DNA from: Octopus vulgaris | Taxonomy: Eukaryota | Length of the DNA: 64,000 nucleotides | Reading direction: 5' to 3' | Assembly: GCA_951406725.2 (NCBI GenBank) | Contig: OX597814.1 | Span: 55,614,001 to 55,678,000 of the forward strand | Shown: in pieces, positions 14,297 through 27,319 of the stretch | How positions within the stretch are numbered: position 1 is the stretch's first letter | How the letters are laid out: each line of letters starts with the position of its first letter | Translations under genes and position numbers: made by a program | The notes under the pieces: model-generated | Seen by the model: the letters and a program-made list of their open reading frames with translations, nothing else | Told to the model about the DNA's origin: nothing | Database searches by the model: none

Positions 14297-15082
14297 AGAT
14301 ACAGGCATTTGTTTGACAGGCACAACCTAAGAATCTCCTTTAGTTGTGCACCTAACATAAAAAAAACATTTTATCAAGTACCCACAATACAAGGAAGGAG
14401 GCAGGTTGCTCTTGCAAGGTATATAATAATTATCCAGTAGGAGGTCAATGTGAGGCTGAAGGGGTCATATATGAGGCTACAGTGATACCTAGACCTAATA
14501 TCCACAATAACAGTAATGTAACATCGAATAGCAGCATTATTAGCAGATTAACCAGGTCTCATGCCAATACAGTTGCCGTGCCCAGAGATAATAACCAAGC
14601 TAGAACCAGCATCACAGAGAATGTCACTTAAAATCCCGGTACAACCGCCATGGATAATGAACAAACCAAAGATACAGATAGAGTGACCAGTACAAACTCC
14701 ACACCTCGAAATAATGACCTATCCAGAACCAACGACTTGGAGGAGGTATCTGCCATTCCCAGTTCTGCCACCTCAGATGAGGACCAAACATTCATCTTCG
14801 ACACTGATGGGATGACCAGCCCCATGTTATATGCTATCAGGAGTGCAAATAAGGTCACATTCCATGTTTATAAATGTATTGGTTCAGTGAGTACTTCATT
14901 CAAGAAATGTTTTCTTAACCATCAATCATCCTTCAGAGTCCCAGAAAGATGGTTTGTCACATCCCTGGCCCACTAAGTGTATTACCTCAAAGACCAAGGG
15001 ATCCTGTGTGATGTCAAGTGGAAATTAAGTGATTTTCTGGGCCCATATTTTAATGGAAGTGGCTGTTGCAAGATCTGCTAAA
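14297..15082 (+). pseudogene. PLE C-terminal fragment (RT tail + GIY-YIG) with long insertion
   Basis: RHLFDRHNLRISFSCAPNIK, then CSC...YPVGGQCEAEGVIYEATV, ~130-aa low-complexity insert, KCIGSVSTSFKKCFLNHQSSF...TSLAH*VYYLKD...VKWK...YFNGSGCCKIC. Contains stops and a frameshift. Confidence 0.75.
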
Positions 15083-15803
15083 CTGCACATATTCCTTCTC
15101 TCTTTCTGTGCTACCCCTCTTCTTGGAACCACTCCCCTTGCTACCCATTCTACTCACCAAATATATGTCTACTGAATGCCCATTTCCCCTGAAAACCCAC
15201 TCACTTCTACTTGTGTAACTTACTATATCCACCTCTATGTATGCTTATCTCCTGTCTCTGTCATTGTGCATCTTCTGTCTCCTCCCACACTTCATCTCTC
15301 CTACCTACTTATCCAGTCATTCTTGTTTATCTGTCTCAATTTTCTCTCTATCCACCTACATGTACCTCTGATACCTCATCTCCACCATCCTTTCTCCTTT
15401 TCCTGCCGGTGTACCCAACTATCTTCACAACAAGGTACCTGTTCCTGCCACATTGCCTATATTAGCTACTCAACACCTGGCACAAAGCCACCTTCCTCAA
15501 TAGTGTATCCCCAGTCTGTGAAGAGGACTTATTTTGAAAGTTACTTGGTGACCAACTAGTGCTGGTATCAGAAGGAAAACACCTATTACACACTGTAACA
15601 TAATTACTATTAGGAAGGGCAACTAACTATAGAAACCTTGCCTAAGCAGACATTGGAAATGAACACAACCCTCGAACTAGTTGAATCCTCTTGAACCATC
15701 CAAACCATGCAACATGAACATTGAACAATGATGAAGGCAATATGTATGTAACCTGCCATAAAATGTTCTAAAGTGTAGCCTTATCAATATGTTACAGCAT
15801 AAT

Positions 15804-15840
<37 letters not shown>

Positions 15841-15892
15841 TTGGTGTGTGTATTCATATGTATATTCATTTCTATAAGTGTGTGATGGATGA

Positions 15893-18298
15893 TGTAGCAA
15901 ATTACAAAACAACTGTCATCTCACCTTTCACTCCACTTTTCTGGAACCTAGTAATAAGGAAAAACTGAAGATAATCAATCTTTCAACCAAACCTCTTTCT
16001 AACATAAACATTGACATCCTCTCAAAAGGGCTCAAATTTACACCAACTCCACGCAGAGCCAACCTAAATGAAATCAAGGATAATATAACAGAATTTTGCA
16101 GAAAATTAAGACTAGCAGAAGCATCAACCAGTTTCAATACTGAAGATGAATCACTAGTCAAGAACAAAAGTGAACACATCCCCCACAGAGGAAGAAATAA
16201 AGATCTTGACGAATTCTGTAACCACATTGAGAACTTTCCCTACCATACTATACATAAACAGAAAGTTAACTCAAATTTTAACACTACACAATGGAAGGAA
16301 CTGATAGAACTTCAAAATGATGAAGATATAACCATTAAGGAAGCAGACAAGGGAAATGCAGTTGTAATAATGGATACATCATACTATAGAAATCTTGTAA
16401 TTTCCTTGCTTGATGACAACCAACATTATGAAAAAATTACCAACTACACCCCACAAAAAATAATGAAAACTCTATCTTCACTAATTAAAACCCATGAAAA
16501 GGAACTAACAACCAAAGAGATTGACTTTCTAACAAACTTTAAATGCAAACCTAGCCTCTTCTATGGTCTGCCAAAAATTCATAAAAGCCAAATTATAAAT
16601 GAAACCATTAAAAAATCACCAAAGACATACATACACACACCTAACCCAGGGGACCTAAAACTACGACCCATTGTAGCTGGCCCAACCTGTGAAACACACA
16701 GACTAAGTCTATTTATGGACATCCTCCCGAAACCCTTACTTAAACATATCGATAGCCATATCAGAGATGACTTAGATATGTTAAACCACCTTCCAAAAAA
16801 AGCCAAGGAAGAAACAATCATGGTTTCATTTGATGTAGTTAACTTATATACCAGTATACCTCATAATTATGGACTAGAGGCAATACAGTTCTGGCTGGAC
16901 CAATTTCCGGAAGAAACACCAAAAAGGATCAGTAAAGAATTCATTACTAAATCAATTGAATTCATCCTACATAATAACCACTTCATGTTTGACAATACAT
17001 TTTACTGTCAAAAATCCGGAATTGCTATGGGTACAAGGGCAGCACCAGTCATTGCGAACCTAACAATGGGCTACCTGGAAATAATCATTTACCAGGAATC
17101 TTTATCAATCTTTGGAAACCCCCTCTCTCAATACATAAAAGAGAATTGGAAACGATTCTATTTTATACTCTGGAATGATAAACTCCTAAAATTTAAAAAC
17201 CTATTGAACAGCATAAACCCAAATATACAGTTCACAATGGAATACAACCAAAAGGAGCTCCCATTCTTGGATATACTAATTAAAAAAATTAACCTTAAAA
17301 TAGAAACAGACATCTTTTACAAAGCCACAGACGCCAAACAATACCTTCTTTTTAATTCATGCCACCCAAGACACACTAAAACAAACATCCCCTTCAACCT
17401 TGCAAGAAGGATATGCACAATAGTGTCAGAACAAAATACCAGGAACTTTAGACTGCAAGAACTCAAAAACACCCTAATTGACAGACATTACCCAGCTCAA
17501 CTCATAGAGGATGGGATCAGACGTGCAACAGAAATCAACATAGAAACTTTAAGAAAAGTTCAACACATCAACACACCTTCCCCGAAAATACTACCTTACA
17601 TATCCACATACAACCCCAGAAACAAAGAAGCCTTCACCATCATCACCCAGAATTTACCAATACTTCATAAGGACCCCAAACTAAAGGAAATTCTAAACAT
17701 ACACCAAATCATTAAAAGCTACAAACAACCTAAATCACTTAAAAAGATTCTCACAAAGGCAAAATTGTTTTCTGAAATTACGGATGCAAAAGTAAAAAAA
17801 TGTGGTAGACCGAACTGTGCAACATGTCGATACCTACTAGAAGGATCAGAATTCCTCTTCAAAGAGGGACAGAAATTCAAGATCAAATCTAATTTTACTT
17901 GTGCCTCTGAAAACATAATTTACGTCATAAAATGCTCGGGCTGCCACCAAGACTACGTGGGGTCCACGGGACTATCACTCAGATGTAGATGCACACTGCA
18001 TCGACAACAGATTGCATTCCCAGAATACAGAATGATACCCTTTAGTAAGCACACTGAGAAATGCGCAAAGCAACTACTACCACAATTTTTAATCTTTCCA
18101 TTTTACCAATGTGCTATTGGAACACCAACACAAATTAGACTAAACAAGGAAACATTCTTCATTGAAAAATACAAGCCCAAACTTAACCATTCCAACATAC
18201 TTTTACAGAGAAATTCACTCCAAAAGAAAGGAAAAAAAATTTTAAGCGATTATCTCCCTTACACCAGAAGAAATCACTTATTACCTCCCCTTATCTAG
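15893..18298 (+). CDS. Penelope-like retroelement ORF (RT + GIY-YIG endonuclease, Neptune/Naiad-type), 5'-truncated, RT motif C deleted
   Basis: Frame is open from 15893, well upstream of the listed ATG at 16370. Contains IINLS...LSKGLKFTPTP, the PLE DKG motif IKEADKGNAVVIM, FYGLPKIHK, LRPIV, motif A SFDVVNLYTSIP, motif B QKSGIAMGTRAAP, LPFLDI, Cys linker CGRPNCATC and GIY-YIG IIYVIKCSGCHQDYVGST. Confidence 0.95.
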   Translation, partial: CSKLQNNCHLTFHSTFLEPSNKEKLKIINLSTKPLSNINIDILSKGLKFTPTPRRANLNEIKDNITEFCRKLRLAEASTSFNTEDESLVKNKSEHIPHRGRNKDLDEFCNHIENFPYHTIHKQKVNSNFNTTQWKELIELQNDEDITIKEADKGNAVVIMDTSYYRNLVISLLDDNQHYEKITNYTPQKIMKTLSSLIKTHEKELTTKEIDFLTNFKCKPSLFYGLPKIHKSQIINETIKKSPKTYIHTPNPGDLKLRPIVAGPTCETHRLSLFMDILPKPLLKHIDSHIRDDLDMLNHLPKKAKEETIMVSFDVVNLYTSIPHNYGLEAIQFWLDQFPEETPKRISKEFITKSIEFILHNNHFMFDNTFYCQKSGIAMGTRAAPVIANLTMGYLEIIIYQESLSIFGNPLSQYIKENWKRFYFILWNDKLLKFKNLLNSINPNIQFTMEYNQKELPFLDILIKKINLKIETDIFYKATDAKQYLLFNSCHPRHTKTNIPFNLARRICTIVSEQNTRNFRLQELKNTLIDRHYPAQLIEDGIRRATEINIETLRKVQHINTPSPKILPYISTYNPRNKEAFTIITQNLPILHKDPKLKEILNIHQIIKSYKQPKSLKKILTKAKLFSEITDAKVKKCGRPNCATCRYLLEGSEFLFKEGQKFKIKSNFTCASENIIYVIKCSGCHQDYVGSTGLSLRCRCTLHRQQIAFPEYRMIPFSKHTEKCAKQLLPQFLIFPFYQCAIGTPTQIRLNKETFFIEKYKPKLNHSNILLQRNSLQKKGKKILSDYLPYTRRNHLLPPLI

Positions 18299-18505
18299 AA
18301 CTTTTCTCAACATAAACATAACGATAACTCTACTCAACGTAAACATAACGACGTAAGAAATTTGAAAAGCTGAACGCGAAACCGGTCATTTCTTCTAAAC
18401 TATGTCATTGTAAGAAAAAAATTTATAACATTCTTCAGACATATTGACTCATATATATTTTTTAACCTTTTAAAGCAAACCTTCTGTAGTTTTTTCACTT
18501 TTTAC
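15930..18505 (+). mobile_element. Penelope-like element, 5'-truncated, with 3' UTR hammerhead, followed by (TA)n
   Basis: ORF above plus about 200 bp of 3' UTR ending at a long (TA)n tract. Boundaries approximate. Confidence 0.85.
18355..18394 (+). ncRNA. Minimal type I hammerhead ribozyme, U3-A8 core variant
   Basis: AAGAAAT-TTGAAAA-GC(TGAAC)GC-GAAA-CCGG-TC-ATTTCTT: perfect 7-bp helix I, 2-bp helix II, palindromic ACCGGT helix III, in the PLE 3' UTR where minimal hammerheads are typical. Confidence 0.75.
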
Positions 18506-18512
18506 TATTTTC

Positions 18513-18582
<70 letters not shown>

Positions 18583-18639
18583 CACACATCCATCCATACA
18601 TATATATATATATATATACATACATACACATACCTTGAC

Positions 18640-18677
<38 letters not shown>

Positions 18678-18877
18678 TACATACCATATATATTTCATGT
18701 GACTGGGAACCAAACTTTTCAGAACTATATAATATATATAATATACCTATAAAATATACATGTATATGTATACATGAGTGTGTAGGGGTGTTTTAGGGTG
18801 GTGGAATGCGTGTGTGTGTGTGTGTGAATAATATATAAATCATATGAAATATATATTTTGCTGCATATATGTGTGTG

Positions 18878-18924
<47 letters not shown>

Positions 18925-19023
18925 TACATACATACATAAATACCATATATGATATATTAGTATATAGGTATTTTATATATAATGCAAGTAGTATATGTGT
19001 GCATCTGTGTGTATGTATGTACG

Positions 19024-19112
<89 letters not shown>

Positions 19113-19700
19113 GTATATACATATATATATATATGCACATATATTCACAATAATATTAAACAGTGAGAATGATTGCTCTGCATCAGTGGATGAATAATCT
19201 TTATTTGTGAATTAACAAGACAACAAATGCTTTCATGTGGAAAAGATCTTCGCAACTATTCAAGTGAACCACTTGAGAATATTGATATTTCTCTCTATTT
19301 TTGATTAAGGCTCTGTGGTTGAGAAGTTCAGTTCCTCGCCATGTTGCATTGGGTTGAATCCCAGTCTACAGCTCCTTACGGAAGTATCATCATTTATAGC
19401 TCCAGGCTGACCAATGCCCTGTGAGTGGATATGGTATACAGAGACTGCAAGAATACAATACTGTATGTGTGCATGTGTGTGAGCGCGTATGTGTGTGTGT
19501 GTGTGCATGCATGTGCATGTGTGTGTAGTTAATTGTGAGGAATTATCAGTCTAGGAAAAATACACCAGGTTAACAACATTGTTTAGATTAGTGAAGAACT
19601 CCAAGTATTCTTATGGCAGGGTCCAAGGTTATGGTTCATCACAATTCTATATTGTAAATCTATGGTTGGGCTCCAGACAAACTGGTTTTTACACAGAGTG

Positions 19701-20002
19701 ATATATAAGACAAGGTATAAATAAGAGTCATTAGATATTATTCCTTTATTAGAGCAAATTTGGCTTACAGCTGTTTCCAGTAGTCATTATAGTAATTTCT
19801 GGTTATAACCCAAAATACCTCTGAGGAAAGTAGCATTGATTTTTTTTTAAGCTCGGTCAATTTTTCTCAAGTAATCAATAGACCAATTGAGTAAACCTAT
19901 CAGTAACATACCTATAATGATTACTGGAAACAGCTGTAAGCCAAATTTGCTCTAATAAAGGAATAATATGTAATGGCCATTATTTATACCTGGTCTTATA
20001 TA
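19701..20002 (+). mobile_element. Miniature foldback element with hammerhead-like motif
   Basis: About 92-bp inverted arms (19701-19792 / 19911-20002). CTGAGGA at 19821 and GAAA-CAGCTG-TA at 19927, with AGTAGCATT/AATGATTACT able to close a long helix II. Ends in (TA)n. Confidence 0.65.
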
Positions 20003-20086
20003 TATATAGGTATATATATACATTGGTATGGTGATGCAAACAGGAAAAATAGATCTCAAAATATGAGCATACGTATATTTTTATTA

Positions 20087-20183
20087 ATATTTAGCAGAAG
20101 CATCAAAGTGACTCAAGGTCTGTGAATTTTGTGCCAACACATGCAACTCTCAAATCTTGAGTCACTCTGTAGCTTCTGCTAAA

Positions 20184-20187
<4 letters not shown>
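20087..20187. repeat. Short foldback (about 31-bp arms) next to (TA)n
   Basis: atatttagcagaagcatcaaagtgactcaag versus cttgagtcactctgtagcttctgctaaaatat. Confidence 0.7.
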
Positions 20188-20247
<60 letters not shown>

Positions 20248-20532
20248 TGGATGTGTCTGTGTTCGTTACTGTCTGTGATGGTGTGTACAAATATGTGTTG
20301 GTATTGCCAGTTTTATCAATTAACATATCTTACAGTCAGTTTGTACCTTGAAAACCAAATGAAAGATGAGAGCCTATTCTTGAAAAAATGGTAAGAGTTA
20401 CCGTTAGAAAGGATGTCTGTCTGTAAAAACAATGCAAGCAAAAGCAAAGAAATGACAAAAAACAATGGATGCATAATGAATGAGTAAATATAGAGTGTGT
20501 AATATATAGAAATATAAAATATGTTCTCTAAG

Positions 20533-20598
<66 letters not shown>

Positions 20599-20695
20599 GT
20601 GTATACTCACACACACTTAAAGAATGTATTCTATTATATATATTATGTGCAATACATTTGCTCATTCAGACACTAACATGATGATGATAAAATAT

Positions 20696-20752
<57 letters not shown>

Positions 20753-20809
20753 CAGTAAATCATAAATCCGAAAGTGAACACACTCTAAGTTACAGAACAG
20801 TAGAGTATT

Positions 20810-20959
20810 TATATAAAAATAGATATGACCAGTCTATGAGGTAACCCAGGGTTTTGTGTTCATAAAGCACTTAGCTTTACAGAGCCTTAGTTGTAATGTG
20901 CTTTACAGACGTGAAACCCAGGGTAACCCCATAGACTGGCCATGACTATCTTTATCTAA

Positions 20960-20962
<3 letters not shown>
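20810..20962. mobile_element. Miniature foldback element with hammerhead 3' half
   Basis: About 60-bp imperfect inverted arms; the right arm reads GAAA-CCCAGGG-TA-ACCCC. Lies between (TA)n tracts. Confidence 0.55.
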
Positions 20963-21027
<65 letters not shown>

Positions 21028-21707
21028 ATTAATAGTGACAGAAGCAGTATTAATGTCAAAAGGTAATATTTATCTCCATCATAATGTGGATGCTGCATTA
21101 TTTACCATGAAAGTGCTTTTATGTGCTACAATTCCATATGAGAGGTCCTCTCATGGTAAACAACACTGTAGCATGCTTTAAAAACATGGTAAAAGTAAAT
21201 GAAGGCAAGGATTTTGAACAGGTGGGGAGGTATGTCTCTGTATATGAGGGAAGAGGAGGTAGGTTCTAGATAGTTCTGTTGATGCATGTATACACATGTG
21301 TATGTGTGTGTGTGTGCATGCACACGTGTGTGTGTATGCTACACATATTGTTTATGTGTAGATGTGTCTATAAGTTTGCTTAGCAAATTTTGTGAGCATG
21401 ACTGTGCATGTATGTATAAGTTTAAGTGTATATGGAATGTAGTGGCATTAGCAGGATATGATAGGGTATGCAGGTATTTTAAAAATGCCTCATGGAGTGA
21501 TGGCCATGCCCTACATAGTTACAGGCTACTTTTGGCAAGGCATAGCACCTGTTCAGTCACCCTACTAGGGATACAGCAAAGTCATGGTACTCCAGCATGG
21601 TGGATTGTGAAGAAGTAACAGAAGAGCTCAACCGAGCAATGGTATTTCTTACGGTGATGCTGAGCTGAAGAATCTTAGAAAAGCAGCGGTCAGGATCACC
21701 AAGCTCT

Positions 21708-21996
21708 AACTGGCACTCTGTCAGTTACAACAATGAGGTGCCTGTTGATCCAATCAATGGAACAGCCTGCTCATGAAGTTAACGTGCAAGTGGGTGAGCA
21801 CTCCACAGACATATCTACCCTTAATGTAGTTCTCAGAGGGTTTCAGCATGATACAGAATGTGAAATACAGGTACTACTCATTTTTCCCAGCTGGGTGAAC
21901 TGGAGTAATGTGAAATAAAGTGTCTTGCTCAAGGATACAACACACCACTGTGAGCTGTGAGTCAAATACCCTCACCAGTAAGCCATGCACCTTCAC
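21708..21996 (-). mobile_element. tRNA-headed SINE family D
   Basis: Minus-strand head gtgaaggtgcatggcttactgg...ccttgagcaagacacttt. Related copies at 9178-9475, 11385-11637 and 5650-5765. Confidence 0.7.
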
Positions 21997-24900
21997 CAAG
22001 TTGTGTAATCAGCAAATGAAAGATTCACTATGACTCAAGCTCTCAATTCAAATTCATAATAATGGAATTGGATGGTGACAGTCAGTCATAGGAATCTGCG
22101 AAAGCAGCAAAAAAACCCCCCAAAAGACAAGAAGGGATACTAGGAAGGATAGATAATTAAATTCTAAGTTCAAATATGTAATTTTTATTATTTAGTGATG
22201 AAAATAGCAAACCAGTTATATTAGCTTGCCATTGAATCTTAAAATGAATATTCAAATCTCAGTGTTCACATGTGATTAACAACAAATGATGGTTGGAATG
22301 GGTAGAAAATAAGGAGGGATGGAATATAGTAAAAGGAAGGTAAGAGTTTTGAATAGGTGTGGAAATTTAAAGATGTATATGAACAGTCTGTTGATGTATT
22401 TATGCATAAAGCTGTATGTCTGTGAATTCATAAGCTTTTATGCACCATTATATAGCCATTTCCATTTTCATATATGTTTGTACATATATATTTTTGCATT
22501 AATGTTTGTGCAAAGTTTGCACTTTTATATATGGACGTGTAGTTGTATGTACATGAGCATGTACACACGCCTACATATATGTACAGACATCCATTGAACT
22601 TTATACACTAGATGTAGGAATGAATGTGTGTGCATGCACGCACGTGTGTGTGTGTGTGTGTGGCTGCGTAGGATGTAGTGTTTGACAGGAATCATGAGAC
22701 AGAGAAGTTGGAAGAATGGCTATATAAACATAGGCAAGAATAAGCCAATTATTATTACCAACGTTTCAGAACAAACACACATACATATATATAGATAAAC
22801 ATACATAGAAACTTAAACAAGTGTTATATATATATATATAGTTAAGCAAATACATAAACCATTATATATTTATATAGTTGCAACCATGTGTTTACATATA
22901 CATAGCCAGACATAGATATATAACCAAATATATTCTTACATCCATATATACAAAAGAGTATACTATATTTTCCAGCATACAAATCAAATTTTGCAGACCA
23001 CAGTTTACAACCAAAAATGGTGGATTGACTTATACACCAAGACAACTTTGGAGGACAAAAGTTCCATATGAAATGCAGCAGGATTTGGAAAGACAGTGAT
23101 GATGTTTGAATGTTTAGAGTACATGTTTGTACTATGTACTATATTGACTTGTATGTAGCAAAATACAGTAAGAGCAAGTAGGTGTGTACATTTGGACAAT
23201 ACACAAATATGCAAGGAAACATAAGTACAAAGGTACCTGTATAAGTGTTAGTATAAACACATGGATAAAAAATAAAGAATTTCAAAAACACATAAGCATA
23301 CAAAAGTGTTAATGCACACATTTGAGATAGTTGATTAAGCATGCATATTTGTATACAAAACAATCAAGGACATCTGTACAAAGCACTCATGTGGGATATG
23401 AAATAGGTGCAGTCACCAGAGTACATGTGATTTAATGGCAGTTTCAGTACACACATAAGCAGGCATGCACATATTTATGTGCAGACAACAACACATCCAT
23501 AAAAGTGCAAGGCATGCACAAACATTCAGGCGGGAATGTATAAATGCTGGAATGTGTAAGCACAATCATATCTGAAAATGGAAACGTGGTTATGTAAGGG
23601 TGCACAAATGCCCATTTATATGCATGTATAAATGGGTATTTTTGGTATAAAGGTATAAAATGGGGCATGTGTGTGCACACATAGATCTGCACATTGCCTA
23701 TATACTTGTACATTATGCTAGTTAAGTTTTGTATGTGTAGTATGTATTGATTTGATCTTTAGTTTTCAGATTCAATATCAACCTACCATTAATTGACATC
23801 ACTAGCAAAGAAATATTTCAAATTTGGTTTTAATTATTCACTTCATTCCTTTATTTACCTCTACCAACCCCACCATACTACACACACATTCAAATGCACA
23901 CACACATTTTCTGTACAAGCATTATACCTGAATATACATATGGAAATACATGTATCAGACTGATCACAAATCCTCTTCTTGTCTAATACATATATTTAAA
24001 TTTCCATACTGTTTCAAAATCCTTCCCCTCATTTTTTTCTATGTTACTCTTAATAATATCTTCACTCTTTCTCTCCTTTGAACTTTGTGTATTGACCATA
24101 TCATATGACATCAAAGACGTGAACTCAAGATTCAATCAAAATCATGCACCCCTCATACACCCACACGCGCATGTGTGCACACATACACACACACTCAAAA
24201 CTTTTTAGAAACTACAAGGAAGCAGCTGTCAGCAGTTAATGAAGTTAACTACATAATTCCTGTTCCCTTGTCATTTTAAAAAATTTCATATCATGCACTC
24301 TGTACTTGCCTAAGGTTTTATTCTGAAGCATATGTACATTGCAAAATACACATTTTATGGCAGTAACTCATAGTTAGAAGCAAAGAAAATTCAAGAAAAA
24401 TAGGAAGGAAGAACGAGATTAGTAATGATGAATTCAAAAAAAAAAGGGGGCAGGTAAAAAAGGCTGAGAGCAAGAGCAAGGTGCTACAAGTGAGAGAGAG
24501 GGTAGGGAAGATATAAGTATAGAAAAAGAAAGAAGGAAACAGAAAAAGTGAGTGAATAAATAGAGAAAAGTTAATGGGCTAAAGTCAGAATTACACTTTT
24601 CCCAAGTCATAAATCTAATTTTGAGGAGAACAGAGCATAGAAGTAAGAGCAAAGAGAATTTGTTGAAAGAAAATAGAAAACAGGAAAGCAACTAGACATC
24701 CCTTGCTGAAGTGAATGGTAGCTGACCTTTTTCTAGCCTTAATATAGTATAAGCATGGAAGCATGTTGACCAGACATAACTGGAGCCAAAATCAAAATTT
24801 AAAGAATTATAAAAAGGAACAAGAAAATAACTGAACAAGAAGATAAAATGAAAAACAAAAGGTAAATTAGAAAATGTATAAGGAGGGGGCTATAAAATAG

Positions 24901-26202
24901 ATTATTATATAACTATAAACAGAATTTTACAGACTTTAAGGTATCTTAAGTATAGATGTATATGTCATTTCTAATAGGGCCAGTTTACATAAAGTAAATA
25001 GATGAAGAAGGATCTATAAAAGCTAGGGTGAAGATGTTAGGCTGAAATACAGATTTACAGTTATCTAAGATGATAAGAGCATATTGATCTATAGTAAAAA
25101 TTAAACCTTTTAAAAATTTGATGTCTGCAGAATGTGACTGCATCAAACTGTTTGTTAAATAGATTTCTTTTCTCACATAATTTTTCAGAGATTCCCTGCT
25201 GCACAAGTAACATGCAATGCAGCCATTTTGGTAAGGTCTTCCAGTTCAAATAATAGACTAGGTAATACTACAGGAAATGTTAGTAGCCTTGAGATACTGG
25301 ATATAATTTGCTAATGAGGTGAAAGATAGTAGTTTTTGCAGCTCTTATCTTGTCTGGTCTATGTGAATATATATTTATATATATACAGATATATACTTAT
25401 GTTAAGGCTGCCAAACTGTCATCTGCCACTTTTTTAGCATGGGATACCTAGTTGAATTCAATGAATTCTCTTTGGTCTTATTTTTATACTCAATTTTTTT
25501 TCTCAAACTTAGATATATGATTTGTTGTGACTCATCTGATTCTAACTGGCTATATAGCCCCTTCATCTTTTCTCAACATTTTTCTTTCTTACTTTTTACC
25601 ACACTTAACTCTCTCCTATTTTCTCATCTGCTTTTACTTACAACTCCTCTCTATCTATTTCACAACCTTTCTTCCCATCTCTCTTCCTACCTTACCATAA
25701 TTAATCTCCCCTTTTCCTGTCTTTTTATTGATGTTTCTATGCTCATGTTTGTGCTTTGTGACTTATTCTTATAAAGAAAACATTCAGAACTTAAATGGTT
25801 TCATCTTGATCATATTAATGCATCATGTTTATGTACTGATAATGATTTCAATTTGTTTGATGTGTATTATTGCATCAATGTACAGATGCATTTTCATAAA
25901 ACATTATTACATCAGCAAATCATTGAATATTTGAAACAGCTGTAAAGATCTATCAAGGACTGTATCTTTTCTTTGCCAAGTAATTCTATAGTTACATCTA
26001 CATAACATCTTTTTAGAAAAGATGGAAATGATATAAAGTCACACATACATGCTTGTTCGTCTTTTATCTCTATATTACATGCTTGAGTTACACATCACTT
26101 ACAACTAACATTTCTTCCATGGAATTATTTCTACCCTGATTAAGAAGTTGGATTTCAAAAATCTACACTCCCCAAGCACAACTCCAGTGTTTTCATTCAC
26201 TA

Positions 26203-26262
<60 letters not shown>

Positions 26263-27319
26263 TTTTCTTTATCATTTAATGTTTGTTTTCCATGCTGGTA
26301 TGGGATCATATAGTAAGCCAGAGAGTTGCACCAGACCCCAGTAATCAGTTTTGGCTTACTTTCTTCTGCTGGATGCCCTTCCTAATGCCAACCACTCTAC
26401 AGAGTGTACCATGTACTTTTTATGTGTCACCAGCATGGGTGCTTTCATATGTCACTGGTATGGGTGCCTTTTACGTGGGACTAGTACCAGTGGGGTTGCC
26501 AAATAACTTGCAAGACAAAGGCTTCTTGGTTAAGGTGGGGAATGGAGCCAAGGGGAGTGGCTGTGTGCTAAACATGAGGTTGGAATATGATAGACAGAGA
26601 TAGTCATCTTATGATAGAGAATTACTTGGTTATACTAGTAGGACAGGGAAGTAGAAGGGAGTTGGGAGAGAGTTAGGAGACAGGCAGAGTGAAAGAGAGA
26701 AATAGATAGTGTGGGGATATATTGGGTCTACCAATAGGGGACAGTGAGGGGGTTTAAGTAGTGTAGAGGGATAGAGATGGATGTGCCATGAAAGTGTGAA
26801 AAGATATGTTTGAGGATGGAAAAGATGTGACTGTAGCAAGTGATGGTGAGAGAAATTGAAGTGGCCAGGAAGTGGGGTGGAGAAGGGGAAATATGTGAGG
26901 GTATGACAGAGGACAAAGATATGTGGCACATTACTGTACTCAAGACTCACCCAACATAACAGAATTGATATCCTAAAACCAAGGTGTCACATAAAAATGC
27001 ATTGGTGCTGATGCTGATTCCACATAAAAATACTGGTGCTAGTGCCACCTAAAAAGCACTAGTAATGGTGTCATATAAAAAGCACCCAGTACACTCTGTA
27101 AAGAGGTTGGAATCCAGCCAAGTAATTCTCTATCATAAGAAGACTATCTCTGTCTATCATATTCCAAACTCATGTTTAGCACACAGCCATTTCCCTTGGC
27201 TCCATTCTCCACCTCAGCCAAGAGGCCTTTTTCTTGCAAGTTATTTGGCAACCCCACAAGTGCCACGTAAAAGGCACCCATGCCAGTGACATATGAAAGC
27301 ACCCATCCACATCATAAGC

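Noticed and set aside
15893-18298. Selenoprotein-type (UGA-recoding) PLE
   Set aside because: All conserved Cys positions use TGT/TGC and there is no in-frame TGA.
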